This document shows, in pieces, positions 44,294-57,446 of a DNA stretch of 64,000 nt. The position numbers were made by a program, and so were the translations under genes. Position 1 is the stretch's first letter, and every line of letters begins with the position of its first letter. Below the pieces are notes generated by a model. It was not told where the DNA came from, ran no database searches, and saw only the letters and a list, made by a program, of their open reading frames with translations. The stretch is from Tubulanus polymorphus (lineage: Eukaryota > Animalia > Nemertea), in the NCBI RefSeq assembly GCF_964204645.1, contig NC_134032.1, positions 1,484,416-1,548,415 of the forward strand. Reading direction: 5' to 3'.

Positions 44294-44401
44294 GGTCCAG
44301 TTCCGCAGTTCCGAGTTAAGATTTAACTCTGAGTTAACTCATTGAAAATGAACTAACTTTAACTCAGAGTTAACTCTATCTCACAACTGTGGAACTGGGC
44401 C
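44294..44401 (-). mobile_element. MITE family A copy
   Basis: GGTCCAGTTCCGCAGTT...AACTGTGGAACTGGGCC; closely similar to 16357-16466. Confidence 0.8.
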
Positions 44402-45756
44402 CTGGAGGTTAGTAAAACACAGAGCTAGAATAGCATTATCGTCTTAAAATGCGCGTCCTAAAAAGCTGTATCATCGACAGCTGTAACAAGATTGATTTGA
44501 TAATTTGCTTGCGCCCAATAGCAATCCGTATGAACCCGGCTATCCGTATGAACCCGGTTATCCGTTAGTTGAACTCAATAAAGGGCAAAAATTTCGTGCA
44601 TCTGCTGCAAATAATGACTCATAATTACAGCATTACGACTAACTACTTTCATTGGCTCTCTATAGTTCCATCCCTGGCCCCCGTAAAAGGGCACTGGTTA
44701 TCTTCAGTGGGGATGCCACCCGATTTCCACGGGCACGCTGTAATGCGTGTAGGGCCCGGTTTACACGGAGGTAGGCGTTCAGAAATCCTGAGATCCCACA
44801 TCGCCTCAATCAGATACGACATTGATATTCACGCCTTCTAAAATGCTCTTGCTATATTCATGGCCAATGAATCGAAAGGTTTTAGGTTGTTAGCCCATTT
44901 GGCCCAGTCGTGATTTATGTCTTCAAATCTTAAGGCTGGTTTCAAATTGTTATTATTGGCATAAAATGATGACGTCAAAGCTATTGTTATGATAGCCAAT
45001 TTTTATATTTATAAAACATGCATAGATCAATAGCAGTTGTATGTTCATAATGCATACAACTCTATTCACTAGGAAATCCAGGACGGGCATGTTTTACTAA
45101 TGGGTTTTTCAATGTATATTTGTTATTGTTTACGAGGAATTCATAAACGGGCAAGTTTTGGCTTTGGGGTCATTTAATGTTGTTTGCCTTTGTTACTAGT
45201 TCAGTTTATGTCTCGGATTAATAAGAAATATTTTGGAGTTAGTTTTCAAGACAATAGTAATAATCCTAAGGGATTAGTCAAGTGTCAACGTCTACGTGTT
45301 TGGAAACCGAGACAGCTCCGGGCTTGTTTCTTAACCAGGTTGCTAAGAACATTAATTCTTGGGGGCCTGGTGGCCGAATCAGGTCCCGAGGTTAGTCGTC
45401 GGCCCTCCCCAAATGCGGTGGCGTTGGTCACGAGAATAGTTCCTTGGAAACCAAATTTTCGATAGTATAAAAATAAGAGACATAGCTGAACTAGTCGGAG
45501 AGCACCTGGGAAACCAAGAGGGGAAGGACCACCGTAAGAACTAGAAACAGAAATTGTAAAAGGTGTCGATACATAGGGAAGACGAAACTGATATAATAAA
45601 TAGTTTTGAGTATTTAGAATTCGAAGTATATACATCTTAGTCGTTTATTTATTTTTGGTCTCGGGTCAAATTCAATTTGTGTCGTTGTGCGGAGCTGAGG
45701 AAGGATACGCTCTCCCACGATATTTCGGTTCCTTCTTCGGGCCGCATAACACTATC

Positions 45757-45800
45757 ACACCTGACGATGATCTCTGGGGTGAGATCGAAACGTCGCGTAT
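45757..45800 (+). ncRNA. Minimal type I hammerhead ribozyme motif of the Penelope-like-element type
   Basis: CTGACGA-T-GATCTC(tggggt)GAGATC-GAAA-CG-TC: conserved core boxes, perfect 6-bp stem II and palindromic ACGT stem III; stem I is short and imperfect. Confidence 0.6.
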
Positions 45801-46283
45801 TTCATACATTTCAGATTGTTCGAATAAATAAATTCTTGGTTTTAAGATTCTTTTAATCTGTAGATAGTGGGTTTTTAATCTTATTAAAGCTATCCGTGTT
45901 CCTTCAAATCTTAAGACCGGTTTTGAATCGTTATTATTCGCATAAAATGATGACGTCGAAGCTATCTGTGTTCCTTCGCTGATCGACTTATCTCCGAGGA
46001 TGCAGTTTTCTTTTGTACAGGACGAGTAACATTTTCTGTTGACTAAATCTTGATCGTTTCATTAAAACGCCGGAAATAAAACACGAGTTGAGCAAATATT
46101 TGTTTCGCTGCGGCAGCGCCGGAAATCGCTGACTAGTTGAGCCGTTCGTGCGAATCTCTCTTTCATCTCATCATCAGCGTGTCGAACCACATCGAGCCTA
46201 TCGGTAGCGAGTCGCGTGTGGTTTACAATAGATTAGTTCTTGGTCCGCGGTTGTGCGCGATTTCTACTCTGCGCACAGTTGTA

Positions 46284-46460
46284 AGCCCAACGCACACGGC
46301 AAAACATTTGTTTCGCCGAAACAGAAAACACGTTTTTCAGAAAACATTTTTTGCTCGTGAAAAACGTTTTTATGTTCGGCGTTTTTTTTTGCACACGGCA
46401 TAACAAAAAACATTTTTTCACGAGGGAAAAACGTTTTTTCGGTACCGTGTGCGTTGGGCT
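46284..46460 (+). mobile_element. MITE family D copy with 3-bp target-site duplication GTA
   Basis: gta|AGCCCAACGCACACGG...CCGTGTGCGTTGGGCT|gta. Confidence 0.85.
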
Positions 46461-46514
46461 GTACAGGGTTTCATTTGACTCGGGACCTAGCTGTGTATGA
46501 CCTAATTTCACTTT

Positions 46515-46752
46515 GTAGCCGGTTCCACTGTCTTGTAGGTTTAATTTGTTTGGGTCCAGGTGTGATTATACCCTTGATCTAGTTCCACAGATGTGTGAGT
46601 TCAATCTGACTCTAGGTCCAGGTCCACCCCAGTTCCACAGTTGTATGGGTTTAATTTGACTCTAGGTCCAGTTCCACAGTTGTGTGGGTTTAATTTGACT
46701 CTAGGTCCAGTTCCACCCCAGTTCCACAGTTGGATGGGTTTGATTTGACTTG
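46515..46752 (+). repeat. Degenerate tandem array derived from the MITE family A terminus
   Basis: Repeated GGTCCAGTTCCACAGTTGTRTGGGTTTAATTTGACTCTA. Confidence 0.7.
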
Positions 46753-47406
46753 ACTATTGAAGGTTTAAATAAGTACAATTAATTCAACGACTGTTGTTTA
46801 ATTATGGATACTAATTGATAAATGTAGAATATGTTACACTGTGGTCAGAGGAGACGAGACGAGAGACAGATGTGATAAATATGTTACTATGATAATCTTA
46901 TTAATTTACATCTGTCGCCATCAATCTGAAACATCGACTCTTTTGCACTGACGCATCCAGAAGAGATGGCCGCTCCTATAAAAGCCCTCATGGTGACGTC
47001 ACCAGTATCTTTCGGTGAAGTAGATGTTTCCATTAAGACTGTTATATCCGTTAATCCGTTAATCCGTTAATCTCCGATATGGCATCGCCAAATTTGTAGT
47101 GGTAAAGTGTAGAAACTTCCATAAAGATGGCTGCTTCAATGAATCCCTATAAAATTACCAAAGTTATATCTACCTAATTCCGGAAAACAAGATGGTTGCC
47201 TCCGTAATCCACCTATGACGTCATCACACCCTTATCGTATCTGAAATCATCATATCTATACTTCCAGAATTGCTTTGCTTTATATCCAAATGACATAATT
47301 TTCACTATTTCAAACTGTCAAATAATCACAACGTTTGTTTATTTTCCTATTTTTCAGATTAGTGTCTTGATGACGCTAGAATCAGTGGAATACATATGAC
47401 GTCACA

Positions 47407-47534
47407 ATGGAGGTCAAGGCGCTTTGTCGTCTAGTATTCATCTTTCTCGCTTTAGTTCTTCTCGTGTCCGCCAGGAAGCGCGACAAGAAAAAGAAAGACA
47501 ACAAAGACAAAGACACGAATAAAGAGACGAATGG
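47407..47534 (+). CDS. First coding exon: signal peptide plus Lys/Asp-rich N-terminus (MEVKALCRLVFIFLALVLLVSA-RKRDKKKKDNKDKDTNKETNG)
   Basis: Acceptor ttttcag ends at 47357, with an in-frame TGA upstream of the ATG. The ATG is in strong context (acaATGg), followed by a hydrophobic h-region ending VSA. Donor GG|gtaatg is phase 2 and matches the next exon's phase. Confidence 0.8.
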
Positions 47535-48500
47535 GTAATGGATAATTAATAATAAGGGTTAATTAATTAATGAACTAATTAATATTACTAATCCATACTA
47601 ATATGGAGATGCTTGTGAAATCTTGAAGTCGATTGTTTGGCGCTTTACGCTATTTGAACCCGGAACCCTCTCGATTCTCCTTATCCCAAACCTCACCCGA
47701 ACCCATTCACCACTCACTAGGATTCTCGAATCCCAGCGGCGTTAAAATCTCTCGAATTCTGAATCCACTCACGAAGGAACCTCTCGTAGCTAAGGGGATC
47801 GATTGCGCAAGAGAGTGGCAGCTTTTGGACTGCATAAAGTGTGGATGAAACCCAGACGCGGATTTCAATAATCGGGTTAATTAATCGCTGAGACAATTAC
47901 ATTAACAGTTATCCTACTAGACTCACATCTCGCATACAAGCGATACTTGTGTATCTAGGAATCCTGTTTGAGTTGATATGGGTAGTAATAGTGGACAAGT
48001 GATTCACTGATTCCCTCGCTCACAGTCGCCCGGCGTCATAAGCCGTGATCACGTGATCGCCTTTGAATTGCAACTGGTTCCGGACCGGAAGTAATTCACT
48101 TCGCATTGTTTAGTATCGAGTGAATGGTTTACGTGTGAACGCGCTCTCTAATTAGTCACGGGCCAAATTTGGCTCGAGTCTGCAGATTCGTGCCAAATCG
48201 GCTCCGTGTGATCGCGGCTTTAGTTCGTCTATCGACCAGTGCTGGAGACTAATGCCGTACATAAAACATAAGATAATTAGGACCCGGTTTCACAGTATTC
48301 GGAAGTTTAACTCCGAGTTAAATCTAGTTCATTTTCAACGTTTCATACTCTAGCGGTCGAATCTGAACTAATAACCGCGGAAATGAGGTAAACCACTCAT
48401 CGCGGTTGACCGCTAATTAAAGGAAGCACGTCTGGCGTCATATTTTCTGTTTCCGACCAGTTCTGAAGACCTGATATACATAACCACAGAATATCATCAG

Positions 48501-48592
48501 GGCCCGGTTGTATAGCCCGGGAATGAACTCAATTGAAGATGAAATAAATTAGCCCCCAGGTTAAAGGTAATACTAGTCTATAAAACCGGGCC
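48501..48592. mobile_element. MITE family C (TIR GGCCCGGTTKTATAG)
   Basis: Inverted termini; related copies at 52076-52305 and 60400-60507. Confidence 0.65.
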
Positions 48593-49587
48593 TAGGGATT
48601 GAAAAACTTCAAAGGTCTGTCGTCATTATAATCATGTAGTTTAGTTTAGTTCAGTGTATTTCGCTCTGCAGTTTAGATCACGTAAACAATTTTACAACTT
48701 ACAGGAATACGTGTTGGCTGGACAATCATATCAATATACATATATAAACATGGCTATAAATCTAATTGACTTTTCCTCCATTCCGTTCGCCTAATTTAAT
48801 TCCCGAACCAGCACTACCAATTGACAGCGTAGTCAGGTAAAATGTTTGGTAAAACCTCTTTAGCGACATCTCACAGCTGTAACAAACATAACGCCAATTT
48901 AAACCGGTCTCGTCTGCGGCTCTCGGCTGTTGATAACGAGCGCGTGAAGTTTGCGGGAGTGCTTCAGAATACATTTTTATTAAGAGCTATAGTCTGGTCT
49001 AGATTTGAGCTATGATTTCACATAAACTATCCCCGAGATGAGATGAGACGAGTATGAATATAATCAATTGATTTGTTAGTTTACTATAGGCAACAGCCTT
49101 TCAACGTCAATCTACGGGTGAAAATGGTTACTGCTCGAATCGAATCGGAAAAATGATCTTCATCTGTTTATATATTCTATAACGGAAACAGCGGCGGCCA
49201 TGTTTATGGTCGGTTTGAATGTTGTGCTCGTGGTTACTCGATCAGAAAGCTGTGGGGTATCCTGATACTCAACCTCCTGACCAGTGTTGCCTCATCCCAT
49301 CCGGTAAAAACTCCTGATCTGACCAACAGCACCACCTGGTGGGTTAACTGACTGAAAATCATTTGCTGCAACGACGTCTCGAGTTGCCGCAATATCATGA
49401 AATATATCGACTCTCGATTATAAACCATTTCAGTTTGTAGAATTATATGAATCCTAATGTTGTATTTGGCCAATTGATCGTTGAACAGTTTTTCAAAAGT
49501 AACCGTCAAAACGAATTCAGCACGCCGATTGGTCGATATGAAAACCCAGACAAACGAACCGTTATTATTCGAAATTCAAAACGACGA

Positions 49588-49618
<31 letters not shown>

Positions 49619-52108
49619 GTCGTTGTAATTATTAGATAACCGTCGCAAAATTCAACCACAACTTCCGCGAGATCTCGTGAGTTCTCGCCACGCGCGCGAG
49701 AATAGCGCGGGAGAGAATGGTGATTTAATTGAATTAAAATTACAATAAAACGCGAACTGCGACTTGCCGCGACGAACCGAACAAAAAATAGGCAATAAAT
49801 TACACACGAACGAACAATGTCGAAACCTCGGCCAATTTACGATTGTTTGAATATGTAAATGAGGCGCGCAAATTGAAAATCGTGAAATATTTCGAATAAT
49901 AATTATGAAAACGTACACAAAGAACGACGCGCTATTTCAGGGTTCGATCTCAATATCGATCAATTTCGACAATTCCCTCGTGGATGATAAATTATTTATT
50001 GCCGCCGAACATGTCGCGACTCGTTCGTGTATATCAAATAACGATAGTTCGATATTTTGCACCCGGCTCTGTTCGGCGTTTTAATGAATTTTTTATACGA
50101 GTCAAAACTTTCCGTAAATTAATGATATCATCGCCTGTTAAGATGACCGCCGGAAGCGCGTCAGAGAATATATGAAAAAAGTACTTGACCATTTTTTTTT
50201 CAAATATTCGTCCAGTTGAATCTATTGGAACTAGTTGAAACGAGGAAATTCCTATATTCAAGGACCGTGGCGCAAAACGTCGAACATTTTTACAAGTGTT
50301 GCAAAAGTTCGAAAAAACAGTTGCAGAATTGTCGATTGAAATTGAAATGGAATGACAAAATATCTTTGAAAAACTGCTTTTCAAACATTCGATAAACTTG
50401 AACCATTTATGGCTCAATGAGATCAAAATCAAGATTGGAATTCTTTACGGAAATATTCCTAAAACTTCCTCCGAGCCAAATACCGGTTAACGCATGCGTA
50501 TGCAAATGAAGCCATGACGTACGGGCTTTCAATGTATCCACTCGACCAATCAGCGTTCGTAATTTCGTTGGCGTATGGAAATAAGTCAAATAGGTCACCC
50601 TAGTTTTCCGCGGGGATTTTTTCCTTTTATCGGTTCGTTCTAACATTGACTTAGATACAACAGTCCACGGGATATACCGAGTAATTCCGAATACTCACGA
50701 GTAATTCCGACGTCTCCCGAGTAATTCCGACGTCTCCGGAGTACTCGTGAATTCACGAACGCGAATCGACCGACCTTCCGGCTCGTCTATTAGTATTCAA
50801 CTCATACATATTCGACTTCTATCCCCGCGGATAAACCACCGAGCAAAACATTCTTCGTTTCTCGCCACGAACCTTCGAAGGAGACGGTTCGGGTTTTTTT
50901 TCTTCGCTAGAAATCCGGAATAATATTAACCGAGTCCCGCAGAGACGCGTCAGAAAAATACGCAACTGGTTTTAACCGTTAGTGGAATCTTTACGGGCGA
51001 AAAATGTCGCCGGGATTCAACAACTAGCGAGAAAAAGAGGGTGAACGTGGATCAGGGCCGCTCTGCTTGGTAACTGCGGGTGTTACCAGGATTCATTCGA
51101 CGAACTGTGATATTAATAGTGAAAATAATTTATTTTACCTAAACTTCATTGAAAAATTGCTCATTGTCTTTTTAGAAAAACTGTTATACTCACGAATTTC
51201 GGAAAACTGTGAGGAGATAATGATAGATATTTGATAAAAGTGCTCTTTTGAAGTTTAAAAGTGATCGATGATTTTGAATATTTTGTAAAACATCAGCGTT
51301 AGTGGTAAAATGCGTTAGACGCGTATCATGTTTTGAAGCGAATTAAGAGGTTTCGGTATCATCTGGTGCAGGCGGCCACAGTCAGTGTTAACACGTGCTA
51401 CACAGACGCCCTATGACGATAGGTTTCCCGCACGAATGCGTCCTATGTAAAACCTTCACCTCGAAAAAAATCGGTTCAATGCGCAATCCATTGATAGACG
51501 CGCACTTCATCGATTGAACTGTATATGCCCGTTCATTCACCTCATGAACCCATGCGCCATATGTTCCGATGACCTTCCCGTGATTTTTCGAATAAAACGT
51601 CTCTATTTTTATTTGTTAATAATACCATTTCTGCTGCCTAATTCGGTATAAGCCATTAGAAATATGACACTTTATCGCACAGAATTCAAAATGCAGCTAG
51701 TTAAACCATAGGCCTAGTAAAAGATATGCCTTACAGTGGGTTCATATCTAAATGAGGTATGTTTATCGAATTGTACGGGGACAAACTCTTTCACCTTCGA
51801 AAACTGTGTAAGAGTTGGCCAATACAGCCGCAGTCCATCCCACCCTCCACTCCGTCAACTATCCCCTATCACTCATCTAATCACCTGTCACTGTTAAGTG
51901 GTCTATGTCTCTACTTGTTGCACTCGATGAATCAAAATACTTTCCCAAAAGCTGCTTGTGCTGTTGTGTACTACTTTAGGCAAAGTGCCACAATCCTGTT
52001 GTTACAGAACTCGTTCCGCAGAGTTGTAAGTTTGTTATTCGACTCTAACTCGATTACTAGGCCTAACTGATTTTAGGCCCGGTTTTATATACAGACTAGA
52101 AAACCCAG

Positions 52109-52246
52109 GGGCCAGTTGCACAGTCGTGACTTAAGTCCAAAAAGGGTCTTAAATCTTAAGACTGGTCTTAAGTTGTTAGATTGGCTATATAACTAAGTTG
52201 GTCTTAGACTGGTCTTAAGTCTAAGCCATGACTATGCAACCTGCCC
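52109..52246. mobile_element. MITE family B with CAG target-site duplication, nested in a family C copy
   Basis: cag|GGGCCAGTTGCACAGTCGTGACTTA...TAAGCCATGACTATGCAACCTGCCC|cag; degenerate relatives near 4160-4310 and 26550-26740. Confidence 0.8.
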
Positions 52247-52861
52247 CAGTTGATTAAATTGACTTAGTCCCGGTTTCAAGTTAATACCAGATTATAAAAC
52301 TAGTGCAGAATCGCACAGGGTTGAAAAATAAACTATTTGCGCAGTTTCTGTTGAACTGAGTTCTGATAACACGTACCATTAGTGTGTTCAATAGCCACCA
52401 GGAGGACTGTTAGATTGTATCGTAACAACATATCCACTTCCGGTTACACATTTTCCCCGATGTACAATGTTTCGGACCAGGTCCACAGTTATCGGGGTCA
52501 AATTTGATTTTTAAACATTGGAGATCAATTAATTTCAACTCTACTGTCAAATTGGATACTGTAGGAATGGTCCCGATTACTGGCACTATACTTGATTGAT
52601 ACCCGTACAGTGCCCGAGATAAAATTCCCGAGTAATCACGTTTCAACGACTCAATTCGAGTCATTTTTTGAAACGGCACTTTTTCATCAATTGAATTATA
52701 AACAGTGACTCGTTTATAGGAAACCAAAGTGTTCAGAAATGTCTCGGAAAAAACTATTTTGCAACGGAAAATCTTTTTTCAACCATTAATCCAGCGACAA
52801 ATCGAAGCTAGCGCCCTCTAGCGGTCCTCGGTATATCACTGTATGCTATTTTCCACTTTAG

Positions 52862-52909
52862 GAATCCTGATGACCCGGAAAAAGATGGCAAACCTTCAAA
52901 GACAGACAT
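52862..52909 (+). CDS. Candidate 48-nt symmetric (phase 2-2) exon: (G)NPDDPEKDGKPSKTD(I)
   Basis: ttttccactttag acceptor and gtaaga donor; open in the required frame; same charged composition as the preceding exon. Confidence 0.65.
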
Positions 52910-54567
52910 GTAAGAACTATATATCTGTAAAAATACCACACGTGACATAGTCTTAGCGTCCGTTCTGTATTCAATATATATCTTACATCCATTATTATCA
53001 TTATTATTATAATCATTATTTTATAGACGTATTTTTATTGTATTTATACATGAATTGTTTACCGCTTTCCTCGGAATATTTCATCCCCATCCGAAAATTA
53101 TCATCATTTTATTATTATCACAGATATTATCATCCTATATTATGCATTATCTCTTTTTTATTATTATGATGGTTATCATCAGTATAACTAGATAATTAGA
53201 TTTCTGATGGCGAATTTTCATCGCGAAAAAAATAATCGAAAGCGATTTGTTTGTTTTCATCATCATCCGTCAGATGGATAGAAATGAAAAATTTCCATTG
53301 AACCGACTGTAGGTGTACTTAACGCTGTTTAAACAGTATAAAGAATGAAGCCCCCGCCCCCGTCTCCGAGTTTAGGCTATTGCACGATAAAGCTCAGAAT
53401 TGTTGAATTTTTAACTCTGTAAATTCAAAAGGCTTTTGACGTTTAAGACTTTGTCAAATTTAAACGTTTAAAACGCTCGAAGGTTTGTATATCTGAGGGT
53501 TGGTAATTCTAAGAAGTTGTTTAAGGCTTTCGTTAAAAAGTTTAACGGAACGTTTTTTTTCAATCCTCATTCAACGATGTATATTTCACAAGGCTGTGGT
53601 CACGTGATTTGGTAGACGCGAATTCGACTCGGATGGTTTTCATAATCATTCAAACCTCTTTCTCTTGGTGCTTTCAACATTTTCTATATTTCATCTCGTA
53701 TTTTACTCTCTGGTTTAGATGTATACATTTTCTCGTGAGAATAATTTCCGACGTCGTATGAATGAAAAAATGAAACAGTTTTCTTTGCTCGTTATCGAGA
53801 CCGAAAAACATCAATAATTCAAACGAGAATTTATGATTAAACTCGAAAGATGTTTTTTACGGTGGTAACACACTATTTCGAATAGATTCATATCATCAAA
53901 TATGAAGATGAAGTCAAACTCACTATCACGCAGAAGAACTAAGCGCAGTTGTAACGACTAAAAAAGCTTTCGAAAAAATAAATCGAATATCGGTTCTTCT
54001 TCGCGATTTGAATGTTTTACAAAGTCTCTGAGTAAACAAAAAAAAAAAAACTTTTTCGGTTTTTCATTCGCGTCCGAAACACGAACAGAAACCGTTTACA
54101 CCCTGTGGCACTTTGCAGCTTTCAAAGCACAAAACCTGCTTTATTTGTCGTCATCTTTTCAATATATATATGTTCATGCACATTTAAAGTTTTAGTAATA
54201 TGAACTATGATATTTATTCCACGCGCGGCAAAATGGACCCCAAAATGAAAATGACGAAATTTCATATTTTTGATAGAAATTGTATTTTTTCCACATTCAA
54301 TAATTTCAACTATTTTGGACTTGTTTTTTTTTTCCCGGGGATTTCGATAACTTATTAATTAACATTCCAATCCAGTGTTGCCCTCCATCAGCGGCCGTGT
54401 TCAATATCATATCATGAAAAGCGAAGAGGATTTATTCATTTCCAGCCGAGATCACGAGAAACAACCGACCTATAACTAGAATACAGCCATAACCAAATCA
54501 CATCACAGCAATAAAACTATGCATTTTGAGATTAATATATTCCAACAACTTGATCGATTCATTTCAG

Positions 54568-54576
54568 CCTCATCAG
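54568..54576 (+). CDS. Possible 9-nt microexon (phase 2-2, CCTCATCAG)
   Basis: ttcatttcag|CCTCATCAG|gtaaag; frame-preserving in the required phase. Based on splice-site pattern only. Confidence 0.3.
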
Positions 54577-54845
54577 GTAAAGTGAAATATACACAGAAGT
54601 GCATATGAACCCACAGTCCATCAGCATATAAATACAGTATTTATATGCTAAATAGTTGTTTATTCCTGTAGGCTTATAACAATGCGCTCCCATACATAGT
54701 TAACCCGATGAGTGATTCGATTGTGTTGTCGGAATAAACTAATTTCAAAATGAATTATTTTATCGCCCATTCGACTCTCTACCAAAACTCTAGAACTAAA
54801 ATGTTATTAACACTCTAATGATTAACATTAATGCTAATACTAATA

Positions 54846-55018
<173 letters not shown>

Positions 55019-55124
55019 ACAAAAGGCTGATTTACAGATGATATTTCATCATTGATTCCGTTTCTGTTGTTTCAATTTCAGCTGTACACGAATCGTTAAT
55101 CAATTTTACTCTCTTTGTTTTTAG

Positions 55125-55183
55125 CCCGAGTTTCGTCAATGAAATGTTACAAGGGTATGACAGGCAGCAGTCTCCTCACGGAG
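55125..55183 (+). CDS. LGIC exon: N-terminal helix, PSFVNEMLQGYDRQQSPHG
   Basis: ctctttgtttttag acceptor, G|gtaagt donor; resembles the family motif L..GYD.R.RP; phase 2-1. Confidence 0.9.
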
Positions 55184-55287
55184 GTAAGTTTTAACCACGC
55201 CCGAATCTTGTAAATTCCGACGAATGATGATAAAATCTAGAGAATATCGACCGGGTTGTCTGGAAAGCAGCAAAACTCTAAAATCTG

Positions 55288-55572
55288 GGTCCAGTTCTAC
55301 GACTCTGAGTTAAGATTTAACTCTGAGTTGAAACATTGAAAATTAACTAATTTCAACTCTAGAGTTAGCTCTAACTCACAACTGTGGAACTGGATCCTGA
55401 GTTCAGAGTTAACTCTAACTCACAACTGTGGAACTGGATCGTGAGTTCAGAGTTAACTCTAACTCACAACTGTGGAACTGGATCCTGAGTTCAGAGTTAA
55501 CTCTAACTCACAACTCTGGAACTGGATCTTGAGTTCAGAGTTAACTCTAACTCACAACTGTGGAACCGGCAC
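55288..55572 (-). mobile_element. MITE family A copy with the same 44-bp terminal array (~5 copies), intronic
   Basis: Reverse complement of the 38407-38755 unit. Confidence 0.85.
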
Positions 55573-56361
55573 CAGTGGATTTGCGAACTTCGAGGGGTCT
55601 GCCGTGTAAATAAATTATTGTGTTTTCTAACCAATAAGGCTGGCATAAAGCACATGACTGTAGTTCCACGGCCATAGTACGTACTCGATGACCTATGATT
55701 ATCAAAGGCCATCTTTGATAGTCCTTCATCCCCGTTGTTTCTAACCTCGCCGCCGGTGCTGCCCCCTCGTGGTCTAACGATGATTTACCGATAATTAGCC
55801 GCTGTTAAGACGCCGTTAGAACCGGCTGCTTCTTTTCGCCGTTTATTCTTTGCCGGCGGGATCAGTTTACCCGCAGAGAAACGTCGTCTGCGATGATTAA
55901 ACATTGACGCGATGACATGGCGTGGATTGGTAATATTTGCGTTAAATACACGCGTTGTAGAACCCTCTGATCGCTGGTTTAACAAGTAGGTGATTATCAA
56001 TCGCTCTTTGAGAGGTCCGCAGTCACTAACGAGTCGCGCACTTATCATGCCTGACACACGCGAAAAGAACGGACGATCATTTGGTGCGAATACTTACTCG
56101 CCGAGCGCTAACTGACCATCACCGACAAGTGCATTCAACAATTCATCGTCGCTAGCTATTTAACAAACCCATCACATTCTATGAACGCTCGTCGTAAAGA
56201 GGGCACTCGTTACCGCGAGTGCAGTTCGCGCGTCACCGCCATCAACTATTCCAGTAACCATTCCACCAAAACACCTCGATCCGCACCAGAGAATATGCCT
56301 TTATGAGATCAGCGATTCATCGTGGCAGGAATCCCGAATCCGTACGTTAACCAAAGATCAG

Positions 56362-56636
<275 letters not shown>

Positions 56637-57082
56637 AAAAACACTCAGCTAAAAACATCTTACAAAACATTTAAAACATGCACATGAAGAATCAGATCCA
56701 TCAACTGGACATTTATTTTATTTCATTCACAGATATAATTTTTATTGATAATCAATTTGAGAAAAATGTGTTGTATTTTAACTGAAATGTAAAGCAAATT
56801 GGACTGGGATGGCCGAGTAACTACTGGCGACACCTGTCGGATCCTTGCGTGACCTACAACAGACCGGAAATTATCACGCCGGGCGTCATCGGCCTTTAAA
56901 ATCCAACGTTGAAAAACACGATCATTTTGTCTTATTTCAAATTATGCTTTAAACCATTACGGGTGTACCATTCGAATTGTTAATTTGTTCTATTCCTGAT
57001 TGTATATATCACTGCTTGTCTGTGCAATGAATTGGGTTCGAATCCGGTATCAATTCTTTTTTTCTAATTTTAATCATTTCAG

Positions 57083-57150
57083 AAAATGCTACAATCGTTC
57101 AGCTCGGTATATATATAAACAGTTTTTACTCGATTAGCGAACAGACTATG
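57083..57150 (+). CDS. LGIC exon (68 nt): (E)NATIVQLGIYINSFYSISEQTM
   Basis: catttcag acceptor, ATG|gtaagt donor; aligns with GlyR alpha NVTCNIFINSFGSIAETTM; NAT glycosylation sequon; phase 1-0. Confidence 0.95.
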
Positions 57151-57373
57151 GTAAGTGAGGATTTAACAGCTGGTCGCATTTAGGTCGAACGATTTGAATT
57201 CATGTTTCAATGCACGAGTTCTCATGTTTTCAATGAAAAAAAAAAAACGTATGTATTTATCATATGCTAGAGGGTATTCTCTCTGGGGCAGACGACCTGC
57301 GGAAACTCGTGGTACATTCGGCTGGGACTCGCACCCGTAACAGTTCGATTAAGAGAAGTGACAGTGAATTTAC

Positions 57374-57446
57374 GCGCACTCACCGGGCATCGAACCCGGG
57401 TCTCGTCCGCAGAAGGCAAGCGTGCTAACCATTAGACCAATAAAAC
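57374..57446 (-). mobile_element. tRNA-derived SINE head, intronic
   Basis: Reverse strand has A box TGGTCTAATGG and B box GGTTCGATGCC; acceptor stem unpaired; further B-box-like fragments near 57320 and 57505. Confidence 0.6.

Noticed and set aside
50034-50646. Coding-looking stretch in the first coding intron (possible decayed transposon ORF)
   Set aside because: Interrupted by stops, with no recognisable motif.
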